The notes under the pieces were generated by a model, which worked only from the letters and a program-made list of their open reading frames with translations, was not told the DNA's origin and ran no database searches. This document shows, piece by piece, positions 33,633 to 42,951 of a stretch of 53,050 nt of DNA; the stretch's first letter is position 1, and each line of letters begins with the position of its first letter. Made by a program: the position numbers and the translations under genes. This DNA comes from a virus (taxonomy: Duplodnaviria > Caudoviricetes), in the IMG/VR virus record IMGVR_UViG_3300037537_000966, positions 1 through 53,050 of that record. One strand, given 5' to 3'.

Positions 33633-35516
33633 ATGACAAAGAAAACAAATAACAAGAAAGAGGAAGTCACACCAATGATGACGAGCTTTGCCGCTTCGCC
33701 ATATACAACCGTCGATCAGTCAAGTAGGACGCGCAGGAATGTTGGAGGCCAGATAAATAGGACAAATAGGTATGAGAATATCGAGAACGGTTTAGTTCCC
33801 TACAAGTTTTCTAAAGGCGTCCAGAATAAAAGTTCTTTGGATGTGAGTGACGTCGTTATCCTTTGTCAAAAAGCTTATTATAATTTTTCAGTTTTTAGAA
33901 ATGTCATTGATTTGATGACGGAGTTCTCCGCTACAAAAGTCTATTTCACTGGTGGTAGTAAAAAGTCAAGAGATTTTCTCGAAGCATTGTTTAGAAAAAT
34001 AGATCTCCAAAGTTTTTTGGATAAGTTCTTCAGAGAATATTATCGTTCCGGGAATGTTTTTGTTCATAGGTTTGACACAAAGATACAGCCAGACGATTTA
34101 AAAAAGATCACCCAGACTTATGGCGCTAACTACCTGAAGCTTACCGAGGAAGAAAATACCTTACCTTCTAGGTATATAATTTTAAACCCTGCTGATATAC
34201 AAATGGGGGGGAATATATCCTTTAGCTCTGGGGTATACTATAAAGTTTTAAGTGACTACGAACTAGAGAGACTGAAGAATCCAAAGACTGAAGAAGACAA
34301 GCAAGTTTACGAGTCACTAGACCCAGAGACCAAGAAAGCTTTAAAAGGGAGAAACCTTGGAGTACTTAGTATACGGCTAGACCCCGATAAGTGTAGTCCA
34401 GTCTTTTACAAAAAGCAAGACTACGAACCATTCGCTGTACCTATGGGCTTTCCAGTTTTGGAAGATATAAATTGGAAGTCCGAGATGAAGAAGATGGATA
34501 TGGCTATAACCCGGACAACTAACCAAGCTATCTTGCTCATCACAATGGGTTCAGAGTTGAAAGACGGAAGTCTCAACGTTAACCAAAGAAGCATCGAGAC
34601 AATGCAAAAACTTTTCGAAAATCAATCAGTTGGAAAGGTTTTAGTATCAGACTACACAACTGAAGCAAAATTTGTTATTCCTGACATTGCTGGGATTCTT
34701 GATCCTAAAAAATACGATGTTGTTAATACTGATATACAAATGGGACTAAACAATATCTTAGTTGGAGAAGATAAGTTTGCTAATACTAGCATCAAAATTC
34801 AAGTCTTTATAGAAAGATTGAAGCAGGGAAGAGAAGCCTTCTTGAATCAATTTTTATCCCCAGAGATTAAAAGAATTTGTAAGTCGCTAGGCTTTAAAAA
34901 TTATCCTCAACCTCATTTTGAAGAGATTGAATTAAAAGATAAGACTACTTGGAATAGGGTTGTCGCTCAGCTTCTGCAATATGGAGTTTTGACTGCAGAA
35001 GAAGGTCTTCAGGCTATCGACACGGGACGTCTACCCGAACCAACAGAATCTATAGAGTCCCAAAAGAGATTCAAGGAGTTAAAAGAGGAAGGTTATTATG
35101 CTCCGCTCATAGGTGGGAGCCAAGAAGAAGGTCGGCCTGAGGGAAGTAAATCCCCGCAAACAACGAAAAAGGTTACCCCTGTTGGAGAAAACACGAGCGG
35201 TTCTCAAAAGTTTAGTATTGAAAAGATTAAGCAGAATTTGTCTTTAGCTGAGAAGCTTGAGACAGAAGTGCAAGAGCATTTAAAATTGAAATACGGAAAC
35301 AAAAGAGTTACTAATAAAATTAGAAGCCTTGCGAATGAAGTATGCAAGGTGGTCATGGCTAACGAACCGGCAGAAAAATGGTTGGATAAAAGCAGGAAGT
35401 ATGTAGATAACCCAACAGACACTAATTCTAAAAAAGTTAAGGAAATACAGAGTATAGCTTATGAGCATCAAGTAGATGATTACTTAGCAAGCTTACTCTA
35501 CGAAAGCAAAATTTAA
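33633..35516 (+). CDS. portal protein
   Basis: Position after TerL; FRNVIDLMTEF, REYYRSGNVF, LNP, YKKQDYE, VLVSDYT motifs. Confidence 0.8.
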   Translation: MTKKTNNKKEEVTPMMTSFAASPYTTVDQSSRTRRNVGGQINRTNRYENIENGLVPYKFSKGVQNKSSLDVSDVVILCQKAYYNFSVFRNVIDLMTEFSATKVYFTGGSKKSRDFLEALFRKIDLQSFLDKFFREYYRSGNVFVHRFDTKIQPDDLKKITQTYGANYLKLTEEENTLPSRYIILNPADIQMGGNISFSSGVYYKVLSDYELERLKNPKTEEDKQVYESLDPETKKALKGRNLGVLSIRLDPDKCSPVFYKKQDYEPFAVPMGFPVLEDINWKSEMKKMDMAITRTTNQAILLITMGSELKDGSLNVNQRSIETMQKLFENQSVGKVLVSDYTTEAKFVIPDIAGILDPKKYDVVNTDIQMGLNNILVGEDKFANTSIKIQVFIERLKQGREAFLNQFLSPEIKRICKSLGFKNYPQPHFEEIELKDKTTWNRVVAQLLQYGVLTAEEGLQAIDTGRLPEPTESIESQKRFKELKEEGYYAPLIGGSQEEGRPEGSKSPQTTKKVTPVGENTSGSQKFSIEKIKQNLSLAEKLETEVQEHLKLKYGNKRVTNKIRSLANEVCKVVMANEPAEKWLDKSRKYVDNPTDTNSKKVKEIQSIAYEHQVDDYLASLLYESKI

Positions 35517-35521
35517 TAAAA

Positions 35522-36682
35522 ATGAGCGAACAAGGCAATATACAAGACGTTAATCAGTACATGGGGGCAGATACAGTAGATATAATTGTACCGGATATTC
35601 CCCTACCCCCAGAACCTGAAGAAAAAGCAGAAGAAATAGAAGATAAGGTTGATGGAGCTTTTAAATTTGCTTTTATAGGAGCTGGTCAAGGTGGATCTAG
35701 AATAGCGGAAACTTTTCACAAATTAGGCTATAGGAAAATAGGTATTCTCAATACGGCTGAGCAAGATATGAACAGTATCAATGTGGAAAACAAGCTTTGC
35801 ATAGGTACTGGAGGAGCTGGTAAAGATAGAGCCGTAGCTGAAAAATGTTTTAACGAAAGAAGAGACGATGTTTTAGATTTTATGCGTCGGTCTTTCGGCG
35901 ATGATGTAGACAGAGTATTTATTTGTGCTGGAGCCGGAGGAGGCTCGGGAGCGGGTACTTTAGTTCCTCTGGTTGAAACCTGTAGGGAGCTTCATGAGTC
36001 TATTGGTGCAGATAGTAAGAAGGTTGGCGTTATTCTGGCTCTGCCGAAATATTCAGAAGGTAGGAGGGTTAATGCTAACGCATATGAGACGCTCAAGGAT
36101 GCGTGTGACTTGGTCAAGAAAGGGATGATCTCTCCTTTGGTGATTATAGATAACGAAAAAACTAGCAAGATATACTCTAATGTGTCCGTAGCTAACTTTT
36201 GGCAGACAGCTAACATGAGTATGGCTGGAGTTTTTCACTTATTTAATATGACAGCCTCGAAAGACAGTTCGTATTCATCTTTCGATTCTAGTGACTATAA
36301 AGGTGTGCTTGATTCTGGTATCGTAGTTTTTGGAGCTACTCCGGTCCCGGATTGGAAAGACCCAATAAACATCTCCAGAGCAGTGAGGGGTATTGCTCAA
36401 AGCGGTAGTATGTCGGGAGGTATAGATATAGCTACCGCTAATACAGCGGGAGCTATTTTGATTGGAGGGAAAGAGGTTTTAGATAACATCCCCCAATCTA
36501 ATCTCGATCAAGCTTTCGATCAGCTTACTAGGATCCTCAGTTCGGGGAGTACAGTACACAGGGGTATATATAGCGGTGACAAAGAGACCCTTACCGTTTT
36601 TACCATCATTGGTGGAATATCTACCCCTCAGGAGAAGTTAGACGAGCTAATGAAGCTAGGAGATTTAGAGGAAACCCCTTAA
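35522..36682 (+). CDS. tubulin/FtsZ-family GTPase
   Basis: IGAGQGGSRIA, NT, GGAGKD, signature GAGGGSGAG, LP-x2-SEG, IDNE. Confidence 0.9.
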   Translation: MSEQGNIQDVNQYMGADTVDIIVPDIPLPPEPEEKAEEIEDKVDGAFKFAFIGAGQGGSRIAETFHKLGYRKIGILNTAEQDMNSINVENKLCIGTGGAGKDRAVAEKCFNERRDDVLDFMRRSFGDDVDRVFICAGAGGGSGAGTLVPLVETCRELHESIGADSKKVGVILALPKYSEGRRVNANAYETLKDACDLVKKGMISPLVIIDNEKTSKIYSNVSVANFWQTANMSMAGVFHLFNMTASKDSSYSSFDSSDYKGVLDSGIVVFGATPVPDWKDPINISRAVRGIAQSGSMSGGIDIATANTAGAILIGGKEVLDNIPQSNLDQAFDQLTRILSSGSTVHRGIYSGDKETLTVFTIIGGISTPQEKLDELMKLGDLEETP

Positions 36683-36746
36683 AGAAAATATTTCTAAAAG
36701 TGGAAAAAACAATGTAATTGAATGTATATAATAGGAGAAATTTAGA

Positions 36747-37349
36747 ATGGCAAATACAGATACAGCTTTTATTTTAAGCAAACACGGCAGCCCGATCACT
36801 CAACTTACCAGTGGTGCCGGGGCTGGTAAAATCAAATTCATCGTTGGGGGTGCGGTCAAATCGGCTTCGGATACAACTGCCGGTAAAGTAGGTCCGACAG
36901 GGATCGTTCTTCCTCTTCACGGAGCGAGCATAACAAGCTTCCCTGATCATGACTCTACGATGAGTCATACAGCTACTAACGTCATAGGTGATCCCGCAGA
37001 AGGTAACTATGCTTTGACTTCAGGTGATTTGTTTAAGGCTGACTCTGATTGGTCAGAAAAAAATGGTGGCGCACAAAAATTTGTTAACGCTGTACTTGAC
37101 TCAGCCTATAGAGGCTACACCTCGGGTGTTGCTCAATCTAGTGGGCTCAGCAGCATGACAGTTACAAGGGGAGACCTAAGTCTCTCAAATACTGCCGTCA
37201 ACGACGGCACGGGAGTTATTAATACTTATAGCAGAAGCTATACTGTAAACTTTAAATACTTTCAGTCTGGAACCATTAATGCTTCTGGATCTCTTGATCC
37301 TTCCAAGCCAGATATTGCGGATGATAATTCGGACGGTGCTCCGTTCTAA
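36747..37349 (+). CDS. putative virion protein
   Basis: ORF track; AGGAG upstream, own terminator, Ser/Gly/Thr-rich. Confidence 0.7.
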   Translation: MANTDTAFILSKHGSPITQLTSGAGAGKIKFIVGGAVKSASDTTAGKVGPTGIVLPLHGASITSFPDHDSTMSHTATNVIGDPAEGNYALTSGDLFKADSDWSEKNGGAQKFVNAVLDSAYRGYTSGVAQSSGLSSMTVTRGDLSLSNTAVNDGTGVINTYSRSYTVNFKYFQSGTINASGSLDPSKPDIADDNSDGAPF

Positions 37350-37375
37350 TTGTAGAAACTGCTTTTTCCTATTTT

Positions 37376-37405
37376 AAACCCCCCATGTTTGTGGGGGTTT
37401 TTTTT
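37376..37405 (+). terminator. intrinsic terminator
   Basis: AAACCCCC...GGGGGTTT plus T run. Confidence 0.8.
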
Positions 37406-37457
37406 ATTTTTTTTATAAGTTTTTTAAAAATAAGTGTATAAACTTTTAGGCAACTTG

Positions 37458-37928
37458 ATGCAATTTAATTTTAAGATGAAATCTTTAGATCTAGACTATG
37501 CCATAGGAGCAAAACCGACACTAACTTCTAGTATAGAAAGAACCTTAAAAAGGGACGACTTAGCTATAGAATTTTCAAACAAAGTTCAAGAGATACTCCT
37601 CGGCAAAATTACCTCTCATAATTTAACTAATGATGTTGAGGTAAGTCTAGATCAAGTTACTAAGATTTTCAAAGATAGTTTTGCGAGCTTCCTTAGACCA
37701 AGCTTTGCTTTAGCTGACGTAAACATATTTCTCAATATGGCTACAGCAGGAAATGTTGATATGGGCGATCACTTTGAGCCCTCAATAGAGGAAATAAAAG
37801 AGGCAGAAAGAGAAACTAAGGGGTACGGTCTAGAGAATTATTACTTTAGGAACGTAGATGATCTATATCTACAAACTGATGAAGAGATGAAAGCTGAAGC
37901 TGACACTTGGCTAGCAAGTGTAACGTAA
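37458..37928 (+). CDS. hypothetical protein
   Basis: ORF track 37434-37928; first ATG 37458. Confidence 0.7.
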   Translation: MQFNFKMKSLDLDYAIGAKPTLTSSIERTLKRDDLAIEFSNKVQEILLGKITSHNLTNDVEVSLDQVTKIFKDSFASFLRPSFALADVNIFLNMATAGNVDMGDHFEPSIEEIKEAERETKGYGLENYYFRNVDDLYLQTDEEMKAEADTWLASVT

Positions 37929-37939
37929 GGAATAAAAAA

Positions 37940-38230
37940 ATGGCAAGATCATTATCAACACCCACTCAAGGACAAGCACCCGTTGGCAACACAGCCAGCA
38001 AAACAGGAGCAGGCGTAGTAGTAGCAGCCGTTACTGGCGGTACTATTGTCATAACAGACATACTCGCTTCTGCTGCAACAACGATAAGCACATTAACAGG
38101 GGGAGGCGGAACTATTCTAGCTTACATGCCCGCTGGTGCAAGCAATTTTACCTCTGGTCTTCCTGTCGCTACTAGTGCAGGCGTTTTTAGCTCAGCCGGA
38201 AATGTTACTATAAATTATTATGTCAAGTAA
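37940..38230 (+). CDS. small Ala/Gly/Thr-rich putative virion protein
   Basis: ORF track 37907-38230; ATG 37940 follows GTGTAA. Confidence 0.7.
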   Translation: MARSLSTPTQGQAPVGNTASKTGAGVVVAAVTGGTIVITDILASAATTISTLTGGGGTILAYMPAGASNFTSGLPVATSAGVFSSAGNVTINYYVK

Positions 38231-39725
38231 AATGAAATATACTACAATTTTCAGCTCTAACGTAAAGCCTGTAGTTTCAGAAGAGAGGGATAAATATCTA
38301 GCTTTAGCATCAGCTATAGAAGTTGCTCAATTCGTACCAGACATAGATACCGACAAACAAGTTGATTTATTGCCAATAGCTTTTAATGCTTTTGTTGCTA
38401 ATAGGGTAAATAGGAATGGCGATGTTGTAGATACGGAAACAGCGCTTGCCTTCTATAAAGATTTTAAAAATAAGCCTATTAATGTTGAGCATAATAGAGA
38501 CAGGGTGATTGGGACTATTTTGACTGCTGGATTTTCTGAATTCGGTACAGACAAAGCTCTCACAGAAGAGGAAGTAGTAGATCTAGAAGGTCCATTCAAT
38601 GTAACCTTGGGGGGAGTCATTTGGAAAGTAGTAAATGAAAGACTAGCTAGCCTAATAGAAGACTCAGCTGATCCTAGTAGCGAAGACTATATGAAGATTA
38701 GCGCTAGCTGGGAGTTAGGTTTTGCTGATTTTAATTTGGTGCTTTTAGAGGGAAATGATAAGAACATAGAAGATGGGACTATTATCGATAGCGAAATCGA
38801 AATTAAAGCCCTAGAGGGGAATTTAAAAGCAATGGGGGGAGAAGGCAAAACCAAAGATGGAAAATTTATATACAGAAAAGTGGTTGGCACAGTTGTTCCT
38901 TTGGGTATAGGACTAACAGAGACCCCTGCTGCAGATGTTAAAGGCATATCTACCGACAGCACTGCAGAATTAGAAGATCTACAGAGCAAATTATCTGTAG
39001 AGGAAAAAGAAGACAATTTTGCTGAAGTTGATAAAACTTCACAAACACAAGAAAATAATGTAATAATCCAAAACGAGGAAAAAATTATGAAAATAGAAAG
39101 TATTAAAGACATAACTAACGAGTCTTTGAAGGAGCTTTCCGCCTCGGCTGTCTCTGATTTTATCGAATCAGAACTCAAGGAAGCTTCCGAGAGATTCTCA
39201 GCCGAAAAAATCAAGGTGGAGGCGAGTCTCAAAGAAGCGCAGGAGAATATCGCCGCTGTTACTGCAGAGGCCGATAAGATCAGGGTAGAACTGGATTCTG
39301 TCACAGACAAAATGACTAGTCTTGAAGCTGAAAAAGCAGAAATGAAAGCTGAAGAGTTATTCAATCAAAGAATGGCATCTTTAGACGAGAACTTTGCTTT
39401 AGAAGATGAAGACCGTCATGTATTGGCTGAGCAGGTCAAGTCTCTTGATGAAGAGGGATGGGAGTCCTTCTCGAAGAGAATGGACGTTCTACTTAGAGAC
39501 AAGTCAAGAGAAGTCTTGGCAAAGCAAGAAGAAGAGAAGAAGACTACTGAGGTTGAGGCAAAACCTGAAGAGTCCAAAGCTTCTGATAGTGTCGTTGAAG
39601 ACGCCATTGACAGAGGTGAGGAGGAATCAGAGGTTGTGCCTACTTCCACGCAGGCTTCCGAAAGTTCTACTTACGATAAATATAAAAGCGCTTTTAGCGT
39701 AGAACAATTTGATATTAAATATTAA
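38220..39725 (+). CDS. prohead protease with C-terminal scaffold
   Basis: NRNGD, KPINVEH, ISASWEL, GIGLT-x2-PAAD; acidic coiled-coil C-terminus; upstream of capsid genes. Confidence 0.8.
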   Translation: MSSKMKYTTIFSSNVKPVVSEERDKYLALASAIEVAQFVPDIDTDKQVDLLPIAFNAFVANRVNRNGDVVDTETALAFYKDFKNKPINVEHNRDRVIGTILTAGFSEFGTDKALTEEEVVDLEGPFNVTLGGVIWKVVNERLASLIEDSADPSSEDYMKISASWELGFADFNLVLLEGNDKNIEDGTIIDSEIEIKALEGNLKAMGGEGKTKDGKFIYRKVVGTVVPLGIGLTETPAADVKGISTDSTAELEDLQSKLSVEEKEDNFAEVDKTSQTQENNVIIQNEEKIMKIESIKDITNESLKELSASAVSDFIESELKEASERFSAEKIKVEASLKEAQENIAAVTAEADKIRVELDSVTDKMTSLEAEKAEMKAEELFNQRMASLDENFALEDEDRHVLAEQVKSLDEEGWESFSKRMDVLLRDKSREVLAKQEEEKKTTEVEAKPEESKASDSVVEDAIDRGEEESEVVPTSTQASESSTYDKYKSAFSVEQFDIKY

Positions 39726-39746
39726 TATTTTAGGAGATAATAAATT

Positions 39747-40388
39747 ATGGCAACGTTTGTAAAAAACACACAACGGCTGAAGCCTTTTAGGCAACACGCT
39801 GAGACAGACGTCGTTAACCTTTTCAGTCTGAAAGACGATGACGGAGACGTCGTAGCTTCTTATGCTGACCTTAAAGCCGATGGCGGTAAGGTCAATAAGG
39901 GGCTCGTTGTTTCTGTTAAGAATGGCTGGAAAAACACTGACGACCCTGTAAATAAAACTGGTATCGGCAACCCCGGTGCTACGTTTTCAAACACGGTATC
40001 ATTCCGTTACGGCGCAGCTGCAACAGTGGAACCTTGTGCTTCTGGATCTCAACCTCTCGGTTTAACCATTTGGGACGTCGCTGAAGTCGACGAAAATGGT
40101 GAGAAGTTGATTTACCATCCGCGCAAGGCCGCTGAGATGCAGGCTGTGGTTAGTGGTCAGGCAGTTCCTGTCTTGACCAAGGGTATTGTTCTCTATAGTG
40201 GGAATCTGACTAGCGGTGGCGCTGATGGCGTTTCGGCTGGTGCTAAGGTTTACGCTGACATGCTTCGTCAGGGTGATCTGAGTTCCTCTGCTACAGAGAG
40301 TACTGGCGGAGCAAGCCAAATTCAAGTAGGCACTGCTCTCGGGGCTACTGATGCTGATGGTTTCATTCTGTTGAAGCTTGACCTCTAA
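39747..40388 (+). CDS. capsid decoration/cement protein
   Basis: Between scaffold and MCP; DENGEKL, GQAVPVLTKG, VG-x2-LG...LKLDL. Confidence 0.7.
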   Translation: MATFVKNTQRLKPFRQHAETDVVNLFSLKDDDGDVVASYADLKADGGKVNKGLVVSVKNGWKNTDDPVNKTGIGNPGATFSNTVSFRYGAAATVEPCASGSQPLGLTIWDVAEVDENGEKLIYHPRKAAEMQAVVSGQAVPVLTKGIVLYSGNLTSGGADGVSAGAKVYADMLRQGDLSSSATESTGGASQIQVGTALGATDADGFILLKLDL

Positions 40389-40413
40389 GATTTAAGAAAG
40401 GAAATTTAAGAAA

Positions 40414-41583
40414 ATGAGACTTAAGTTAAAAAACACCCCAGAACAAGTGGAACTCATCAAAGCGATGGGTAACAAAAATCAGCTTGTTGCACGCGAAGCC
40501 TCAGAAGCTTTTGCAGCTTTTCTAGGCCCTGTGGTTCAGAAAGTTTTGCAGCAGGCCGCTACGGCCGGAGCCATCTACACGGATGCTCCATTTAATCAAG
40601 ACGAAGGAGCTAGCTATCCTCTAGACTTGTACTATAATGAAACCAATGATGGTTACGTTAGTGTATGGTCACAGAACGTCGCAGGTGGTCTTCCGACCTC
40701 TCAAGACGTCTCTGCGATTCAAGAGTTGAAGATCGCTACTTATCGTTTGGATACAGCCGTTTCGATCACCAAGAAATACGCCAGACAGGCTAGACTCGAC
40801 GTAGTCAGTAAGCTTATCGAGCGTATGGCTCAGGAAGTACTACTCAAGCAGGAAAGAAATGCTTGGGCAGTGGCTCTTTACGCATTGGCTAATGCGAGCA
40901 CAAGTCATGTGACTGCTAGTTCCGTTGGAATTACGTCCTTGGCTGCTGGTTCGCACGTTATCCCTGCGTACAACACTAATAGGTTCCAGCTCGCTGACCT
41001 TAACAAGTTGATGACTCTTAATAAGAGAATTAATCAGTCTTGGGCAGCTGGTACAGCCGATGCCCCTTTCAGTGCAGGGATTACTGACTTGTATGTCAGC
41101 CCTGAGATCAAGGAGCAGATTCGCGCTTTTGCTTATCAACCGATGAACACAAAGGGCGCAGGTCAGGCAACCCCGAGAACTGACGTTCCGCTTCCGGATA
41201 ATATTCGTACCGACATCTTTAACTCTGCTGGTATGCAGGAGATTTATGGTGTGAATGTTGTGGAGCTTAACGAACTTGGTATTGGACAGAAGTACAACAC
41301 CTTGTTTGACGAGTTTGATAGCGGAAATATTGCTCCTCATGCTTCTACTGCTGGCGAGGCTATTGCTTTCGCTGGTGCGACTCATGAGCTGTGTGTCGGT
41401 CTCGATAACAGTAAGGGTGCGTTTGTTCGTGCCATTTCTGTTGACGCAGACACAGGCGATACCTTTACAACTGCCCCTGATGATCAGTTTACTCAGAGAA
41501 ATGAGAGAATTGGTTTCTATGGTTCGTTGGAAGAGGGAAGAGTTTGTATTGACTCCAGAGCAGTCGTTGGTTTGACAGTTTAG
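40414..41583 (+). CDS. major capsid protein
   Basis: Size and position; DLYVSPE, IYGVNV and C-terminal IGFYG-x2-EEG-x4-D-x-RA HK97-fold-like features; strong terminator after. Confidence 0.85.
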   Translation: MRLKLKNTPEQVELIKAMGNKNQLVAREASEAFAAFLGPVVQKVLQQAATAGAIYTDAPFNQDEGASYPLDLYYNETNDGYVSVWSQNVAGGLPTSQDVSAIQELKIATYRLDTAVSITKKYARQARLDVVSKLIERMAQEVLLKQERNAWAVALYALANASTSHVTASSVGITSLAAGSHVIPAYNTNRFQLADLNKLMTLNKRINQSWAAGTADAPFSAGITDLYVSPEIKEQIRAFAYQPMNTKGAGQATPRTDVPLPDNIRTDIFNSAGMQEIYGVNVVELNELGIGQKYNTLFDEFDSGNIAPHASTAGEAIAFAGATHELCVGLDNSKGAFVRAISVDADTGDTFTTAPDDQFTQRNERIGFYGSLEEGRVCIDSRAVVGLTV

Positions 41584-41606
41584 TAAACCAGAGATTATGT
41601 ATATCG

Positions 41607-41635
41607 AAGCCCCCTTTTCGGAGGGGGCTTTTTTT
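41607..41635 (+). terminator. intrinsic terminator
   Basis: AAGCCCCCTT-TTCG-GAGGGGGCTT plus T run. Confidence 0.9.
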
Positions 41636-41692
41636 ATTCTTTTGTTGGGGTGTTTTGTGTAAAAGTATGTATAACGGAGAAAGGATAAAGTT

Positions 41693-42109
41693 ATGGCTGC
41701 AAAGAAAAAAACAACGACTAAGCGTAAGAATACGCCCACAACGAAGACAGAGAGTAAGGCGAAAGTAAGAGTAAAAGATATGACTCAGACTCACGCAATG
41801 GAGGAAAAGGAATCTTTTCAAAAGACTACTTTAGACCAAATTTGGGGTGATACGGGATTTTCTAAGTATGGTACTCAAGACGAGCAAGAATATCTATTGA
41901 GCATCAAAGGCATGAATAGAAGCGACCTTCATTCTCATGCGGTTAAATTTGGCATCTTGCCAGTTGATAATAGAGAGCTTTTGACAACGAGACTTCTTAG
42001 GGAATTTAAAAAATTTCTTTTAGCTTATAAAAAACCATCAAAGTCTCAAGTGAAAGAAGGTAAAAAGACATCTAAGAAAGCTACCTCTATTCTAGCTGAA
42101 GGTAGATAA
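41693..42109 (+). CDS. basic hypothetical protein
   Basis: ORF track. Confidence 0.75.
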   Translation: MAAKKKTTTKRKNTPTTKTESKAKVRVKDMTQTHAMEEKESFQKTTLDQIWGDTGFSKYGTQDEQEYLLSIKGMNRSDLHSHAVKFGILPVDNRELLTTRLLREFKKFLLAYKKPSKSQVKEGKKTSKKATSILAEGR

Positions 42110-42126
42110 GGTGTAATTATGTCTGT

Positions 42127-42951
42127 ATGTCTCATACTATTAAGACAGGACAGTTAGACCTTGGTGGCTTAAAAACTTATTTTTCTACTAATCTCTCCGG
42201 TAGTGCTGAAAACACTTCCGGTTTTCTCACTTATTCGAACCCTTCTTCGTTTTCAACAAACGCGTATGTAACTGGTATAAGCGGAGACATATCCGGTTAT
42301 ATTGATTCTGTAAGCGGAGACATATCTTCTAATCTTGGCCAATCTGGTGTCGATTTGAGTGGCTACACCACCTCTATTCGTGCAGAATTAAAATCTGATA
42401 TAGATTTTGTAAGTGGCAAAAATACAGAGTTAAGTGGGAAATATTCTGGGACTAAACTACTTTCTCAAGATAATGCTGCTGACATAGATTCTCTGAGTGG
42501 TGATTTAATTACGACAGGTCAGACTCTTTTATCTTGGGTAACGGGAGCAAGTGGGGCAGGAGTTAGCGGGTTTGTTACTGGTTTGATGAATGAAACCAGT
42601 GGTGTTCTAGACCAAAAGGTAACGAACTTAGATGTTAACTTAAGAAGTCATGTATTATCGGACTATTTATCGAAAAGAGACTCAGGTGGCACCGCAGGTG
42701 TATCAGGGGAAGTCTCTTTCCTTAAGAAAGCTAATTTTAAGAGAGGTGTAGAACTTGAAAGAGTAGCTGCTCATGATGAGATATCAACATACCAAAGCGG
42801 GACTAGTGTCTATTCTCTAGTTAGTGGTCACACTGAAGCAGGCGCAGCTCATCAAGTTATGACCAGCTTTTTGAGATTTCCTCATTCTGGGGATAGTGCT
42901 CAACAAAATGTAATAGTGGGTTCATTTATGTATAGTGGGAGTATATCGTAA
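42127..42951 (+). CDS. Ser/Gly-rich putative virion protein; paralog of 32505-33629
   Basis: Periodic SG dipeptides; shared N-terminus. Confidence 0.7.
   Translation: MSHTIKTGQLDLGGLKTYFSTNLSGSAENTSGFLTYSNPSSFSTNAYVTGISGDISGYIDSVSGDISSNLGQSGVDLSGYTTSIRAELKSDIDFVSGKNTELSGKYSGTKLLSQDNAADIDSLSGDLITTGQTLLSWVTGASGAGVSGFVTGLMNETSGVLDQKVTNLDVNLRSHVLSDYLSKRDSGGTAGVSGEVSFLKKANFKRGVELERVAAHDEISTYQSGTSVYSLVSGHTEAGAAHQVMTSFLRFPHSGDSAQQNVIVGSFMYSGSIS

Noticed and set aside
35522-36682. Evidence for a nucleus-forming jumbo phage
   Set aside because: Tubulin alone is insufficient; no chimallin or multisubunit RNA polymerase recognised, and early genes rely on sigma70-type promoters
40840-41739. 299-aa antisense ORF over the major capsid gene (likewise 38687-39364 and 6117-6701)
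   Set aside because: Antisense to well-supported genes; explained by codon bias; no recognisable motifs
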